DNA of 64,000 bases from an uncultured Chloroflexia bacterium (GCA_963726055.1 CAVSAP010000001.1:131980-195979); one strand, 5' to 3'. Positions 18,361 through 28,261 are shown, numbered from the stretch's first letter. Translations and numbers: made by a program. The notes: generated from the sequence alone by a model not told the origin.

Positions 18361-21300
18361 GTGAGCCTCGGCTACCGGCCGGGGACGGTCGCCCGGACTG
18401 GACGCCCCAGGGGCATCCTGACCGTGTTCGCGGCGTGCACGCTCCTCGCCCAGCTGATCGTCGCCGCCCCCATCGCGGCCGGCCGCCCGGCATCCCTCCC
18501 GGTCGCGACAACGCCGGCAGCGGCGCCGACCACCACCGAGCCGAACCAGCCGGCCGGCGATTCCGGCGAACTCCTGCCCGGCATCCACTACGAGGATGCG
18601 GTTGCCCACGAGAACGACCGGATCGAGTTCACGCCCGGCGGCAGGGTCACGGTCGGGTTCCGGCCGCGCGCCGACGACACGTGGGACGTCGGCGGTCGTG
18701 CGCCGCGCGCCCTGCCCGCCGGTTCGGCATCGGGCCGCGACCTGCTCCCGGCCCGACCTCGTGCCGAGTCCCCGTCCGCGCCGGACGCCAGCCCGACCTC
18801 CGATCCTTCGGCCACGCCCGCCCCGACGGCTCCGGTCGACAGCCCGGCAGTCGACCCGTCCGAGGTCCCGGCCGCCGACGGCGCCTCGGCGGCCCTCCCG
18901 CGCGAGGACAGCGCCGTCAGCCTCGACGGGACGCGCCTCCGCCGCGAGGTCATGGGCTTCCTCCCGTACTGGGAGGTCAACGACGCGGTCCTCGATTACG
19001 AGCTCCTGTCGACGATCGCCTACTTCAGCGTCGGAGCGGACAGAAACGGCAACCTGCTCAAGGCGAACGCCGACGGCACGCCGACGACCGGCTGGCGCGG
19101 CTGGACGAGCTCGCGGCTGACATCGATCATCAACGCGGCCCACGCGAAGGGCACCCGGGTGGTCCTGACGATCTCGGTTTTCGCCTGGACGAGCGGTCAG
19201 GCCGCCCTCCAGGGCGCCCTCCTCGGCAGCCCGACGGCCCGACTCAACCTCGCACGGCAGGCGGCGGCCGCGGTCCGTGCCAGGGGTGCGGATGGCATCA
19301 ACCTCGACTTCGAACCGATCGCGTCCGGCTACGCGGACGAGTACGCGCTCTTCGTGCGAACAGTCCGCGCCGAGCTCGACAAGCAGGCGCCCGGCTACCA
19401 GCTGACGTTCGACACCACCGGACACATCGGCAACTACCCGCTCGAGGCGGCGACCGCACCCGGCGGCGCGGACGCGATCTTCATCATGGGCTACGACTAC
19501 CGGACGGCCGGGGCCGGCTACTCCGGCTCGATCGACCCGCTGTCCGGTCCGGCGTACGACCTGCAGGATACGGTCAACGCCTTTGCCGCGCGGGTGGCTC
19601 CCTCGAAGCTGATCCTCGGGGTGCCCTGGTACGGTCGCGCCTGGTCGACGGTCTCCGACAAGGTCAACGCGAAGACCCAGACCGGTACGAAATACGGGGC
19701 GTCGAATTCGGTCATCTTCGACACTGCCATCGACTACGCCAACCAGTACGGCCGCCGCTGGGACAGCCGCGAGCAGTCGCCCTGGGTCGCGTACCGGCGC
19801 GAGAACTGCTCCTCGACGTACGGCTGCGTGATGAGCTGGCGCCAGATCTACTACGACGACGGTGCCTCGCTCAAGCTCCGTTACGACATGATCAACCGAA
19901 AGGGCCTCCGCGGCGCCGGGATCTGGGCCCTCGGGTACGACGTCGATCGGCCGGAGATGCGCCAGGCGATCGCCGAGAAGTTCCTGAACGACAGGACCAT
20001 GCCCCTCGCCGGGATCCGAACATTCGCCCCAAGCCAGGGCGCCGAGACCTTCACGGTCTCCTGGGTCGGGTCCGACGAGAGCGGCGTCGTCGACTATGAC
20101 GTGCAGGTCTCGATTCATGGCGGGCCGTGGCACGACTGGCTCATCGACACGAAAGCGACCAGCGCCACGTACACGGGCGCGGACGGCTACGGCTTCGCGT
20201 TCCGCGTGCGCGCCCGCGACACGATTGGCAACTCGCCGAACTGGGATGTCACGAGCGTCTACCGCTCACACGTCGGCCTCGCGGTGGGCAACTTCGGCAA
20301 GGTCGTCGCCTCGAGCGTCAACGTCCGATCCGGAGCGGGCACGTCCCACCCGGTCGTCACGACGGCCAGCGCCGGGACGATCCTGTCGATCACCGATGGC
20401 CCGGTCAGCGCCGACGGCTACACGTGGTACAAGGTCACGCTGCCGATCGTCGAGTGGGCGCCGGTTGCCGGCGTGCGCACCGACGTCTGGGTCGCGGCCG
20501 GGGACGGCTCGACCACGTTCGTCGCCCCTGTCGGAGCCCCGAATTCGACGGTCGTCGATCTGCCTGCCGGCGTGGCCCCGCCAGCCGGCGCACGGTTCGT
20601 CGGGATCGACCCCGCCCGGTTCCTCGACACGCGCTTCGGCGTCGGGCTGACCGGCCCATTCGCGAGCGGCAGTGTCCGGACCTTCCCGGTGGCCGGCCTC
20701 CGCGGCGTCCCGTCGAATGCGGTCGCAGTCACCGGGACGCTGACGGTCGCCGGCCAAACCAGCGCCGGTTACGCGAGCCTCGGGCCGTCGGCGGCGACCG
20801 TCGCCCGCTCATCGGTCGTGAACACACCGACCGGCGATGTTCGGGCCGCCGGCGTGGCCGTCAAGCTCGGCGCAGATGGATCGCTGGCCGCGCTCTGGAG
20901 CGGAGCGGGTGGTTCGAAGACGAGCCTCATCTTCGACGTGAGCGGCTACTTCGTCCCCGGCGCGAGCGGCGGGACCTACATCCCGCTGAGCCCGGCCAGG
21001 GTCCTGGATACAAGAACCGGCGCAGGCTTGAGCGGCCCCTTCACATCGAGCGCGCCGAGGTACTTCACGGTCACCGGCCATGGTGGCGTCCCGACCGGTG
21101 CGGTCGGGGTGACCGGCAACCTCACCGTCGTCGGGCCTTCGAGCGGCGGCTACGCCTACGTCGGGCCGGTCGCGGCCTCGACGCCCGCCAGCTCGAGCCT
21201 CAATGTCCTCAGGGGAGACACCCGGGCCGGCTCGGTGACCGTCAAGCTCGACGGGAGCGGCCGACTCGGCGTCGTGTGGAAGGGCACACCCGGTGCGAAG

Positions 21301-21720
21301 GCCGACGTCCTGTTCGACGTGACGGGCTACTTCGTCAACACCGCGGCCGGCGCAACCTACTTCCCGGTCGATGCGGCTCGCGTCCTCGATACGCGGGTCG
21401 GGAACGGCCTCACGGGCGTCTTCCCGCGGAACGTCGTCAGGACGCTCCAGGCGACCGGTCGGGGAACGATCCCGGTCAACGCGGTGGCCGTGACCGGGGG
21501 TGTGACGGTCGTCGTGCCTTCGGCGAACGGCTGGCTCATCGTCGGCCCCGCCGCCACGCCTCTCGGCGCCACCTCGACGGTCAATCTCCCCAAGGGCGAC
21601 ATCCGGGCGAACGGCCTCACCGTCCGGACCGGTACCGGCGGCGGTCTGGGGGCTGTCTTCCAGGGCTCATCCGGGGCAGCCGCCAACGTCATCGTCGACG
21701 TCACGGGTTACTTCCGCTGA
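18361..21720 (+). CDS. secreted GH18 (chitinase/YaaH-like) multidomain wall hydrolase: GH18, FN3-like, SH3b and three 127-aa repeats
   Basis: Uninterrupted ORF; the longest version starts at TTG 18247, and GTG 18361 directly precedes a signal peptide. The GH18 motif is GADGINLDFEPI, with MGYDY and WYGRAW. The SH3b-like segment is VNVRSGAGTSHPVV..GYTWYKV. Confidence 0.8.
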   Translation: MSLGYRPGTVARTGRPRGILTVFAACTLLAQLIVAAPIAAGRPASLPVATTPAAAPTTTEPNQPAGDSGELLPGIHYEDAVAHENDRIEFTPGGRVTVGFRPRADDTWDVGGRAPRALPAGSASGRDLLPARPRAESPSAPDASPTSDPSATPAPTAPVDSPAVDPSEVPAADGASAALPREDSAVSLDGTRLRREVMGFLPYWEVNDAVLDYELLSTIAYFSVGADRNGNLLKANADGTPTTGWRGWTSSRLTSIINAAHAKGTRVVLTISVFAWTSGQAALQGALLGSPTARLNLARQAAAAVRARGADGINLDFEPIASGYADEYALFVRTVRAELDKQAPGYQLTFDTTGHIGNYPLEAATAPGGADAIFIMGYDYRTAGAGYSGSIDPLSGPAYDLQDTVNAFAARVAPSKLILGVPWYGRAWSTVSDKVNAKTQTGTKYGASNSVIFDTAIDYANQYGRRWDSREQSPWVAYRRENCSSTYGCVMSWRQIYYDDGASLKLRYDMINRKGLRGAGIWALGYDVDRPEMRQAIAEKFLNDRTMPLAGIRTFAPSQGAETFTVSWVGSDESGVVDYDVQVSIHGGPWHDWLIDTKATSATYTGADGYGFAFRVRARDTIGNSPNWDVTSVYRSHVGLAVGNFGKVVASSVNVRSGAGTSHPVVTTASAGTILSITDGPVSADGYTWYKVTLPIVEWAPVAGVRTDVWVAAGDGSTTFVAPVGAPNSTVVDLPAGVAPPAGARFVGIDPARFLDTRFGVGLTGPFASGSVRTFPVAGLRGVPSNAVAVTGTLTVAGQTSAGYASLGPSAATVARSSVVNTPTGDVRAAGVAVKLGADGSLAALWSGAGGSKTSLIFDVSGYFVPGASGGTYIPLSPARVLDTRTGAGLSGPFTSSAPRYFTVTGHGGVPTGAVGVTGNLTVVGPSSGGYAYVGPVAASTPASSSLNVLRGDTRAGSVTVKLDGSGRLGVVWKGTPGAKADVLFDVTGYFVNTAAGATYFPVDAARVLDTRVGNGLTGVFPRNVVRTLQATGRGTIPVNAVAVTGGVTVVVPSANGWLIVGPAATPLGATSTVNLPKGDIRANGLTVRTGTGGGLGAVFQGSSGAAANVIVDVTGYFR
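20590..21717 (+). repeat. three tandem in-frame 381-nt (127-aa) protein repeats at the GH18 C-terminus
   Basis: Units start at 20590, 20971 and 21352. Each unit contains P.R.LDTR.G.GL.G.F, VP..AVAVTGN.TV, GY, a G(D)(V/T/I)RA(A)G motif and DV(S/T)GYF. Confidence 0.75.
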
Positions 21721-21769
21721 GGGGACCGAGGGGGACGATCGGGCAGGTCCCAATCGTGAGGGCCGGGTC

Positions 21770-21775
21770 TACACT
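21770..21775 (+). promoter_or_regulatory. -10-like box TACACT, 9 nt upstream of ATG 21785
   Basis: TANNNT hexamer with no SD. Confidence 0.35.
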
Positions 21776-21784
21776 GGCCCGACG

Positions 21785-22753
21785 ATGACGACCCCGCGGC
21801 GCCGCAAGGCAGCCCCCGAGACCGCTCCGACCGCCCTGACGAGCGAGGCCGCCCGGCCCATCGAGTCCAGCGAGCGTGACGAGCCGCAGCGGGTGCCCGT
21901 GATGGGGACCGGGACGTGGGTTGTCCTGCCGACGTACAACGAGGCCGAGAACATCCGGACAATCTCGTTCGCGATCCTGGAGGCCCTGCCCGGAGCGACC
22001 CTCCTGGTCGTCGACGACGGCTCGCCCGACGGCACTGGCCGGATCGCCGACTCGCTGGCCGCGGTCGACCTGCGGATCCGCGTCCTCCATCGGCCCGAGA
22101 AGCAGGGACTCGGACGGGCCTACCTCGACGGCTTCGCTATCGCGCTGGGCGGGAGGGCGGAGATCGTCGTCCAGATGGACGCCGACTGGTCGCACGATCC
22201 GACGACGCTCCCCTCGCTCATCGCCCAGATCGCCGAAGGGTCTGCCGACCTCGTCATCGGGTCGCGCTACACGGAAGGTGGCGGCGTCGTCGACTGGGGC
22301 ATCGGGCGGCGGATCATCTCCCGCGGCGGCAGCATCTTCGCCCGGACAGTCCTGCGACTCGGTCCGCGCGATCTCACCGGCGGGTTCAAGGCGTGGCGCG
22401 CGTCGACCCTGGCGGCGATCCCGTTCGACGGGATCCACGCCGGCGGGTACGTCTTCCAGATCGAGATGACCTTCCGCGCATCGCGGAGCGGGGCGCGCGT
22501 CGCCGAAGTCCCGATCACGTTCCGCGATCGACGCGTCGGCCAGTCGAAGATGAGCCGGCGGATCGTCGTGGAAGCGCTCGTCGTCGTCGTGACCCTCCGG
22601 GCGGAGGAGTTGCGGGGACGGCTGCTCGGACGGCGCGGGCGGGGGCAGATTGCGGGCGTCCCCGGTCCCTCGGCAAGCGCGCCTGGTCGGACGGGTGGCG
22701 ACGTCGCCCTGCCGGCCGCACTCGACGCGCCGCGTGCCGGCGAGGGCCGGTGA
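21785..22753 (+). CDS. polyprenol-monophosphomannose synthase (GT2, Ppm1/DPM1-like)
   Basis: Motifs VVLPTYNEAENI, VVDDGSPDGT, EKQGLGRAYLDGF, MDADWSHDP and DLTGGFK. Confidence 0.85.
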   Translation: MTTPRRRKAAPETAPTALTSEAARPIESSERDEPQRVPVMGTGTWVVLPTYNEAENIRTISFAILEALPGATLLVVDDGSPDGTGRIADSLAAVDLRIRVLHRPEKQGLGRAYLDGFAIALGGRAEIVVQMDADWSHDPTTLPSLIAQIAEGSADLVIGSRYTEGGGVVDWGIGRRIISRGGSIFARTVLRLGPRDLTGGFKAWRASTLAAIPFDGIHAGGYVFQIEMTFRASRSGARVAEVPITFRDRRVGQSKMSRRIVVEALVVVVTLRAEELRGRLLGRRGRGQIAGVPGPSASAPGRTGGDVALPAALDAPRAGEGR

Positions 22754-24054
22754 CCGGCGAAACCCACGCGCCTCTCGGGACGCCCGATCCCCATCGCCCG
22801 GCCGGCGCCATTCCCGGAGTTCGTGTCGTCCTGGACGCTCGCCCGCTCCAGGAGCCTGACCGGGCCCCGTTGACGGCGTCCTACCTCGAGGGCCTGCTCG
22901 GTGCCTTCGACGCCGAGCCGCTGGCCGGCGAGTCCTTCGCCCTCCTGCTCGGATCCGACCTCGATGACCCGACGGAGCGATTCGAGCACCTGTCCGTGGT
23001 CGGCCGGCGCCTCCTGCCCCCGACGAGGCTGCTGCGCTCCGCAGCGTTGACCGTCGATCCGTTCGTGCTCTCCGGTGCGTCGCTCGGCGCCGCGTGGCGA
23101 GCCGAGCGGACGGGCGCTGCGGGCGCGGTCTACCACGCGGTCGGCGGAGCGATCCCGCTGGCCACCGGTCTGCCGCTCATCGTCACGCTCCTCGATCTCG
23201 CGCCGTGGGAGCTGCCGGGCGCCTACCAGCGCGGGACGGCAGCCCGCTTCGGCCAGCGGCTCCGCGGCAGGCTCCTGCGGGACGCCGCGGCCGTGATCGT
23301 CGGGACTGAGGCCGTCGCCGTGGCTGCCCGGCGCCTCCTCCACCTGCGTCGGGACCGGATCCGGGTCGTCGCTCTCGCTCCGCGGCCGGCTTTCCGCCCG
23401 GATGCGGGCTCGTCGGACGATCGCGGCGGGCCGGATCGCGATCCACGCGCCGACCGGGAGCGTCTCGGCCTGCCAGAGCGCTACGTCATCTATTCGGGCC
23501 GCTACGACGCACGCCAGGACCTCGCGACACTCCTTCGGGCGCTTGCCGAGCTGGCGTCCGCCGGCCGGCCCGAGGGTCTTCCGGCGGATGCACCGTGGCC
23601 GCCGCGAGTGCTGTTCGCCGGCGCCTCGCCGGACGATCGGGCGGCGATCGCCCGCGCCGCGGCGCGCGAGGGCGTCGGCGAGACGCTGGCGTACGCGCCG
23701 CGCCTTGAGGACGAGCGGCTGGCCGGCCTCGTTCGTGGGGCCCGTGCCGCGGTCCTGCCGGTCGTATCGGACAGCGCGGGCCAGGCCGCAATCGAGGCGA
23801 TCGCCTGCGGCACCCCGGTCGTGGCCTCGGCCGTTGGGGCGCTGCCGGAGATCGTCGGAGCCGCCGGGATCCTCGTCGAGCCGCGGGACCCGGCACGCCT
23901 CGCCCAGGCCCTGGCCACGGCATTCGTCGACGACCTCCTCCATGGCGGCCTCGCGGCGATCGCGCGGGAGCGCGCCGAGACGGACCAGCACAGCTGGGCT
24001 GACGTGGCTCGCGAGACACGCTCGATCTACGCGGCGGCCGCCCGGCCGCGCTAG
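22750..24054 (+). CDS. GT4 family glycosyltransferase
   Basis: GTG 22750 overlaps the preceding stop (GTGA). The GT-B C-terminal domain carries SDSAGQAAIEAIACGTPVVASAVGALPEIVG. Confidence 0.75.
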   Translation: MTGETHAPLGTPDPHRPAGAIPGVRVVLDARPLQEPDRAPLTASYLEGLLGAFDAEPLAGESFALLLGSDLDDPTERFEHLSVVGRRLLPPTRLLRSAALTVDPFVLSGASLGAAWRAERTGAAGAVYHAVGGAIPLATGLPLIVTLLDLAPWELPGAYQRGTAARFGQRLRGRLLRDAAAVIVGTEAVAVAARRLLHLRRDRIRVVALAPRPAFRPDAGSSDDRGGPDRDPRADRERLGLPERYVIYSGRYDARQDLATLLRALAELASAGRPEGLPADAPWPPRVLFAGASPDDRAAIARAAAREGVGETLAYAPRLEDERLAGLVRGARAAVLPVVSDSAGQAAIEAIACGTPVVASAVGALPEIVGAAGILVEPRDPARLAQALATAFVDDLLHGGLAAIARERAETDQHSWADVARETRSIYAAAARPR

Positions 24055-24086
24055 GAACCGGTCGCGCCGATCACGGCGAAACCGGA

Positions 24087-25290
24087 CTACTGCGGTCGGT
24101 GCTCCTTCCCGAACGGGTCCGGGACCGGCGGCGGGTCGCCCGGAGTGATCGTCACCTTCGTGCCCGTCTGCATCACCTGGACAAAGGTCTGCCCAACCGT
24201 CAGCGTGACCCGCTCACCGTCGGGCCCGAAGAAGATCGTCGGGTCCGTGAGCGAGGTCTTCCGCCACGTTCCCTTGACCGTCGTTCCGTTTGTCGAGATC
24301 CAGGCGGTTCCCTTGCCGACGACGTCGGCCTCGAGGCGGTTCTTCCGGGAGCCGTCGTTCAGCGGTCCGAATCTCATCAGCATGATCACGACGTTCTTGG
24401 GCCCGACGCGGCCCCCGGTCGCTGCGTCGATCTGGTGCTTTTCACCGGTGACCGATCGCTGGTACGTATTGGTCGTCCAGTCGTAGTCGTAGCGGATCTT
24501 GTTGGCCGAATAGGCGACCTCGATCCGACCGCCGCGCGGGCGGAATTCCGGAGCTCGATCAGGTCCGAACCGCCAGACGGGCGTCGCCGGCTTGTCCGTC
24601 GCCTTGACCGACTTGGCGAGGCTGCGCAGGTGCTTGCCGTCCGTGTACAGGTTGTGCGGAGCGTAGCGGTCCTTGACCCGCCAGAACGACTTCCCCCAGC
24701 GGAACTCGTCGGCGTTGTAGACGAGCTGGCCGCTGCCCTTCGAGCGCAGCGTCGAGAGGGCCTGCGGAGACCCGCCGGCGTGCGACGTAGATGGCGCGCC
24801 ACTCGGCCGCCCAGGCGATGTAGTAGTAGCGCGCGCTCCGGACCGGGCCCACGGCCGCCGGAATGTTCTCCTGGAAGATGAGCATGTAGCGCGGGATGCC
24901 GCCCTCGGCCGGCGCGTGCCAGACCACCGACGCCGAGTTGAACCCGGATTGCGGTCGGGCCGCTCCCAGGTCGTCGATCATCACCGCGATCGGATGCTGC
25001 GCCGCGACCTCGGGCGGCACGAGGACGCCCGTCAAGGGCGCCGGTACTGGAACAGGAGTCGGAACTGGCGTCGGCGACGGGGTCGGGGTCGGGACCGGCG
25101 TCGGCGAGGGCGTGGGCGTTGGGGTGGGAGATGGGGTCGGCGAGGGCAACGACGGGCTCCCGGCTCCCGCGACCTTCCCTGGGTCGAGTGTCGGTCCGGC
25201 CGCCGGCGCCGCAGCGGCCGCGAGCATGCCGACGGCGAGCCCGGTGACGACGGCCGCGACGGCAAGGATCGGGACGAACGACCGCCTCAT
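24087..25290 (-). pseudogene. DUF3048 (YerB-like) secreted protein, one frame change as assembled
   Basis: Signal/TM segment plus a PT-rich linker, then PIAVMIDDLGAARPQSGF..EGGIPRYMLIF..GPVRSARYYY up to ..AIYV at about 24782. The sequence continues as HAGGSPQALSTLRSKG... to the stop at 24087 in another frame; ORF 24087-24389 is the tail of that frame. Confidence 0.75.
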
Positions 25291-25514
25291 CGGCGGCGTC
25301 GCTTCTGGGGGTCCATGGTCCCTCTCTGGAGGCGGGGGCGTGGCGTGTGACGCCTTCGCCGGGCGAATGGTGACGCGACGAGTTCCGACGCAGGATACCT
25401 GAGCGACCCTTCACCCTCGTCTCGGTCCAAAAGGTCGCGTCGTACGGGACGCGGCCCCGCGACTCTGCGGTAGGCTGCCAGAGGACAGAACCCCGACGCG
25501 AAACGAGGGAACCG

Positions 25515-26303
25515 ATGGCCGACCGAGAGCAGCCTGACGCCGTACCCGACGAACCCACCACAGAGGAATCGCCTGCCGGAGACGAGGCGGTCGCAACTGA
25601 CGCCCTCGCCAGCGCCGAGGAGGCCGCCGCTCGAGAAGCCGCGGCGGAGGCGTCCAGGGCGGAGCCGGCCAGGAGCGAGCCACCGGCCGCAGAGGCGGCC
25701 GAGGCCAAGCCGTCCGCGGCGGCGTCCAGCGCCAAGCCGGCCGCAGCGACCGAGCCGACCGTGATCGTCCCGAAGGCGACGACGAGCCGGAAGGCGCAGA
25801 AGCCCGAGCCTGCGACGGTCCGGGCCGACCGCGCGATCGAGCCGGCCTCGGCTGACCGCGACGGTGCGATCACGAGGCTCGATTCCGTTTCGATCCAGGA
25901 AGCAGGCGCCCGGGAGGTCAACGCCACCAACGTCGATGTCAGCCGTGGGGGCATCGGACGGGCGCACGCCACTGATATCGCGGTCTCCCAGGGCGGCATC
26001 GGACTGGCGAGGGGCGACCGCATTTCGGTCGAGATGGGCGGCGTCGGGGCGGCGATCGGTGGGGACGTGCGTGTGACCCAGGGCGGCGTGGGCACGGTGC
26101 TGGCACGTGACGTGCGGATCGAGCAGGCGGCCGTCCGGACGGTCGTCGCCAACAACGTCCGGTTCGAGCGGACGACCGGCGTCTTCCTCCTCATCGCGCG
26201 CCGGGTCGAGGGCGACGTGAGGGTGCTCCTCGACTGGCGGGGTGCGATCGCGATGGGGGCCGCGATGGGCGTGGTCATCTCGATCTTCCGGCGGCGGAGG
26301 TAG
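25515..26303 (+). CDS. tail-anchored protein with acidic/Ala-rich N-terminal region and seven 15-residue repeats (beta-solenoid-like)
   Basis: GAGGGA SD and a TAGGCT box at 25471. An exact 45-nt periodicity runs through 25923-26237. A C-terminal TM helix (AIAMGAAMGVVISIF) is followed by RRRR. Confidence 0.55.
   Translation: MADREQPDAVPDEPTTEESPAGDEAVATDALASAEEAAAREAAAEASRAEPARSEPPAAEAAEAKPSAAASSAKPAAATEPTVIVPKATTSRKAQKPEPATVRADRAIEPASADRDGAITRLDSVSIQEAGAREVNATNVDVSRGGIGRAHATDIAVSQGGIGLARGDRISVEMGGVGAAIGGDVRVTQGGVGTVLARDVRIEQAAVRTVVANNVRFERTTGVFLLIARRVEGDVRVLLDWRGAIAMGAAMGVVISIFRRRR
25923..26237 (+). repeat. seven in-frame 45-nt (15-aa) repeats, consensus a.dV.V.qGGiG.v.
   Basis: Units start at 25923, 25968, 26013, 26058, 26103, 26148 and 26193. 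Examples are ATNVDVSRGGIGRAH, ATDIAVSQGGIGLAR, GDRISVEMGGVGAAI and GGDVRVTQGGVGTVL. Confidence 0.7.
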
Positions 26304-26357
26304 CCGGCCGTCCCCGCGAGCCAAGGGGCAACCGAGAGCCCGGATCCGGGCCTCGGC

Positions 26358-26363
26358 TATACT
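26358..26363 (+). promoter_or_regulatory. -10-like box TATACT upstream of the nine-gene glycan operon
   Basis: Near-consensus hexamer 75 nt upstream of TTG 26439, which has an AGGAG SD at 26423-26427. Confidence 0.35.
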
Positions 26364-26438
26364 CGTCGACCGGCCCGCGACCCTCGTGCGACCGCTTGTC
26401 CGCCAGACCCGGTCCCGCTGATAGGAGCCCACCGAGCC

Positions 26439-27115
26439 TTGATCGATCCCTCCGCGCGTGTCCACGCGACCGCGGATCTCGAGTCCGACGTGAGCGTCGG
26501 GGCCGGGACGAGCATCTGGCACGAGGCTCAGGTTCGGACCGGGGCCAGGATCGGCTCCGAGTGCGTGATCGGCCGCGACGTATTCGTCGACCATGACGTC
26601 ATCGATCGGCGACCGGGTCAAGATCCAGAGAGGCGCCCTGATCTCGCACGGCGTGACCGTCGAGGACGGCGTGTTCATCGGGCCTGGCGTGATCCTGACC
26701 AACGATCGGTTCCCGCGCGCGATCACTTCGACCGGGGAGCTGGCCGGGGCAGACGACTGGGAGGTCTCGCCCTGATCGTGCTCCGCTATGGCTGCGTCGA
26801 TCGGCGCGGCCGCGGTCGTCGTGGCCGGCATCGAGGTCGGCCGGTTCGCGATGGTCGGAGCGGGCGGTGTCGTCAACCGCAGCGTCCCGAGTCACGCGCT
26901 CGTCGCCGGGAATCCGGCTCGCCGGATCGGCTGGGTCTGCGCCTGCGGCAGGCGCCGTCGTCGACGACAACGGCGACCCGGTGCCGGCCGAACCCAGCGA
27001 TATGCCGCCCGCACCGATCTCCTGTGCGGCAAGCTGCGGCCGGCAGTACGCCTACGTCCCCGATGCCGAGACGCTCGAGGAGCGCTCCGGCCCGCGCCAA
27101 GGAGCACCCGCATGA
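26439..27115 (+). pseudogene. left-handed beta-helix N-acetyltransferase (WbpD-like), about four frame changes
   Basis: Hexapeptide-repeat segments are spread over three frames. They are IDPSARVHATADLESDVSVGAGTSIWH..; IGDRVKIQRGALISHGVTVEDGVFIGPGVILTND; ASIGAAAVVVAGIEVGRFAMVGAGGVVNRSVPSHALVAGNPARRIGWVCACG; and VVDDNGDPV...YAYVPDAETLEE. The stop overlaps the next ATG (ATGA). Confidence 0.75.
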
Positions 27116-28261
27116 TCCCGATCGCCCGTCCCGATCTCGGCCCGGAGGAGCTGGAGGCCGTCGCGGAGGTCCTTGGCAGCGGGATGCTCGCGCAGGGCCG
27201 GAAGGTCGCCGAGCTCGAGGAGCGCTGGGCAGAATTCATCGGCGTCAGGCATGCGATCGCGATGGCCAACGGCACGGTCGCGCTCATGTCGATCTTCTCG
27301 GGCATCGACCTCGAGCCGGGTGACGAGGTCATCACCGTCTCCCACACGTTCGCCGCGACGGCGAACGCGATCCTCTACACGGGAGCGACGCCGGTCTTCA
27401 TCGATATCGAGCCGGACACGTACCTGATCGACGCGAAGAAGATCGAGGCGGCGATCACGCCGCGCACGAAGGCGATCTGCCCGGTCCACCTCTTCGGGCT
27501 CGTCGCCGACATGGACATGATCCGGGCGATCGCGGACCGCCACGGGCTGGCGGTCGTGGAGGATGCCTGCCAGGCCCACGGCGCGACGTTCCGCGGCCGC
27601 AAGGCCGGCAGCTTCGGCATCGGCGCATTCAGCCTCTACGCGACGAAGAACATGACGACGGCCGAGGGCGGCTTCGTCACGACGAACGACGACCGTCTGG
27701 CCGACTGGCTGCGGCTCTATCGCAACCAGGGCATGCGCGCCCGCTACCAGTTCGAGATCCTCGGCTTCAATTTCCGGCTGACCGATCTCGCGGCGGCCGT
27801 CGGGCTCGCCCAGTTCGGCAAGCTTCCGCGCAACACGGCGCGGCGCCAGGCGATCGCAGCCCGCTACGACGAGGCGCTCGCTCGACCTCCCCGTCCGCCT
27901 GCCGGTGACGCCGGACGGCCGCAATCACGTCTTCCACCAGTACACGGTCGACGTGGGCGAAGCCCGCGACGCGATCCTCGCGGACCTGCGCGGTGCCGGT
28001 ATCGGAGCGGACGTCTACTACCCGATCCCCGTTCACCGCCAGGAATACATCATGGAGCGCGGCCTCCACGCTGATCTGCCGGTGACCGACGCCGCGGCGG
28101 CGCGGACGCTCGCCCTTCCGATGTTTCCCGGGCTGACCGAGGAGGAGCAGCAGCAGGTGATCGACGCCCTCCGATCGGCCGTCCTGCGCCACGCCGACAA
28201 CGCCACGGGCGACCGGACGGCGTCGGAAGCAGCCTCCAACGCCGGTGTCGCCGCCCGATGA
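27112..28261 (+). pseudogene. DegT/DnrJ/EryC1 family sugar aminotransferase (WbpE-like), one frame change near 27880
   Basis: AAGGAG SD. The sequence MIPIARPDLGPEE..., YATKNMTTAEGG and FNFRLTDLAAAVG reads in one frame. The C-terminus LDLPVRLPVTPDGRNHVFHQYTV..YYPIPVHRQ lies in the frame of ORF 27905-28261. Confidence 0.8.

Noticed and set aside
24064-24078. Short hairpin CGCCG-ATCA-CGGCG between convergent genes, as a terminator
   Set aside because: It has only a 5-bp stem and no U-tract, too weak to call with confidence.
26773-26775. Recoded TGA (selenocysteine or Trp/Gly reassignment)
   Set aside because: TGA is the commonest genuine terminator in this window, including many ATGA/GTGA junctions. 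The position is not a conserved Cys/Sec site. A local two-indel reading restores the family motif.
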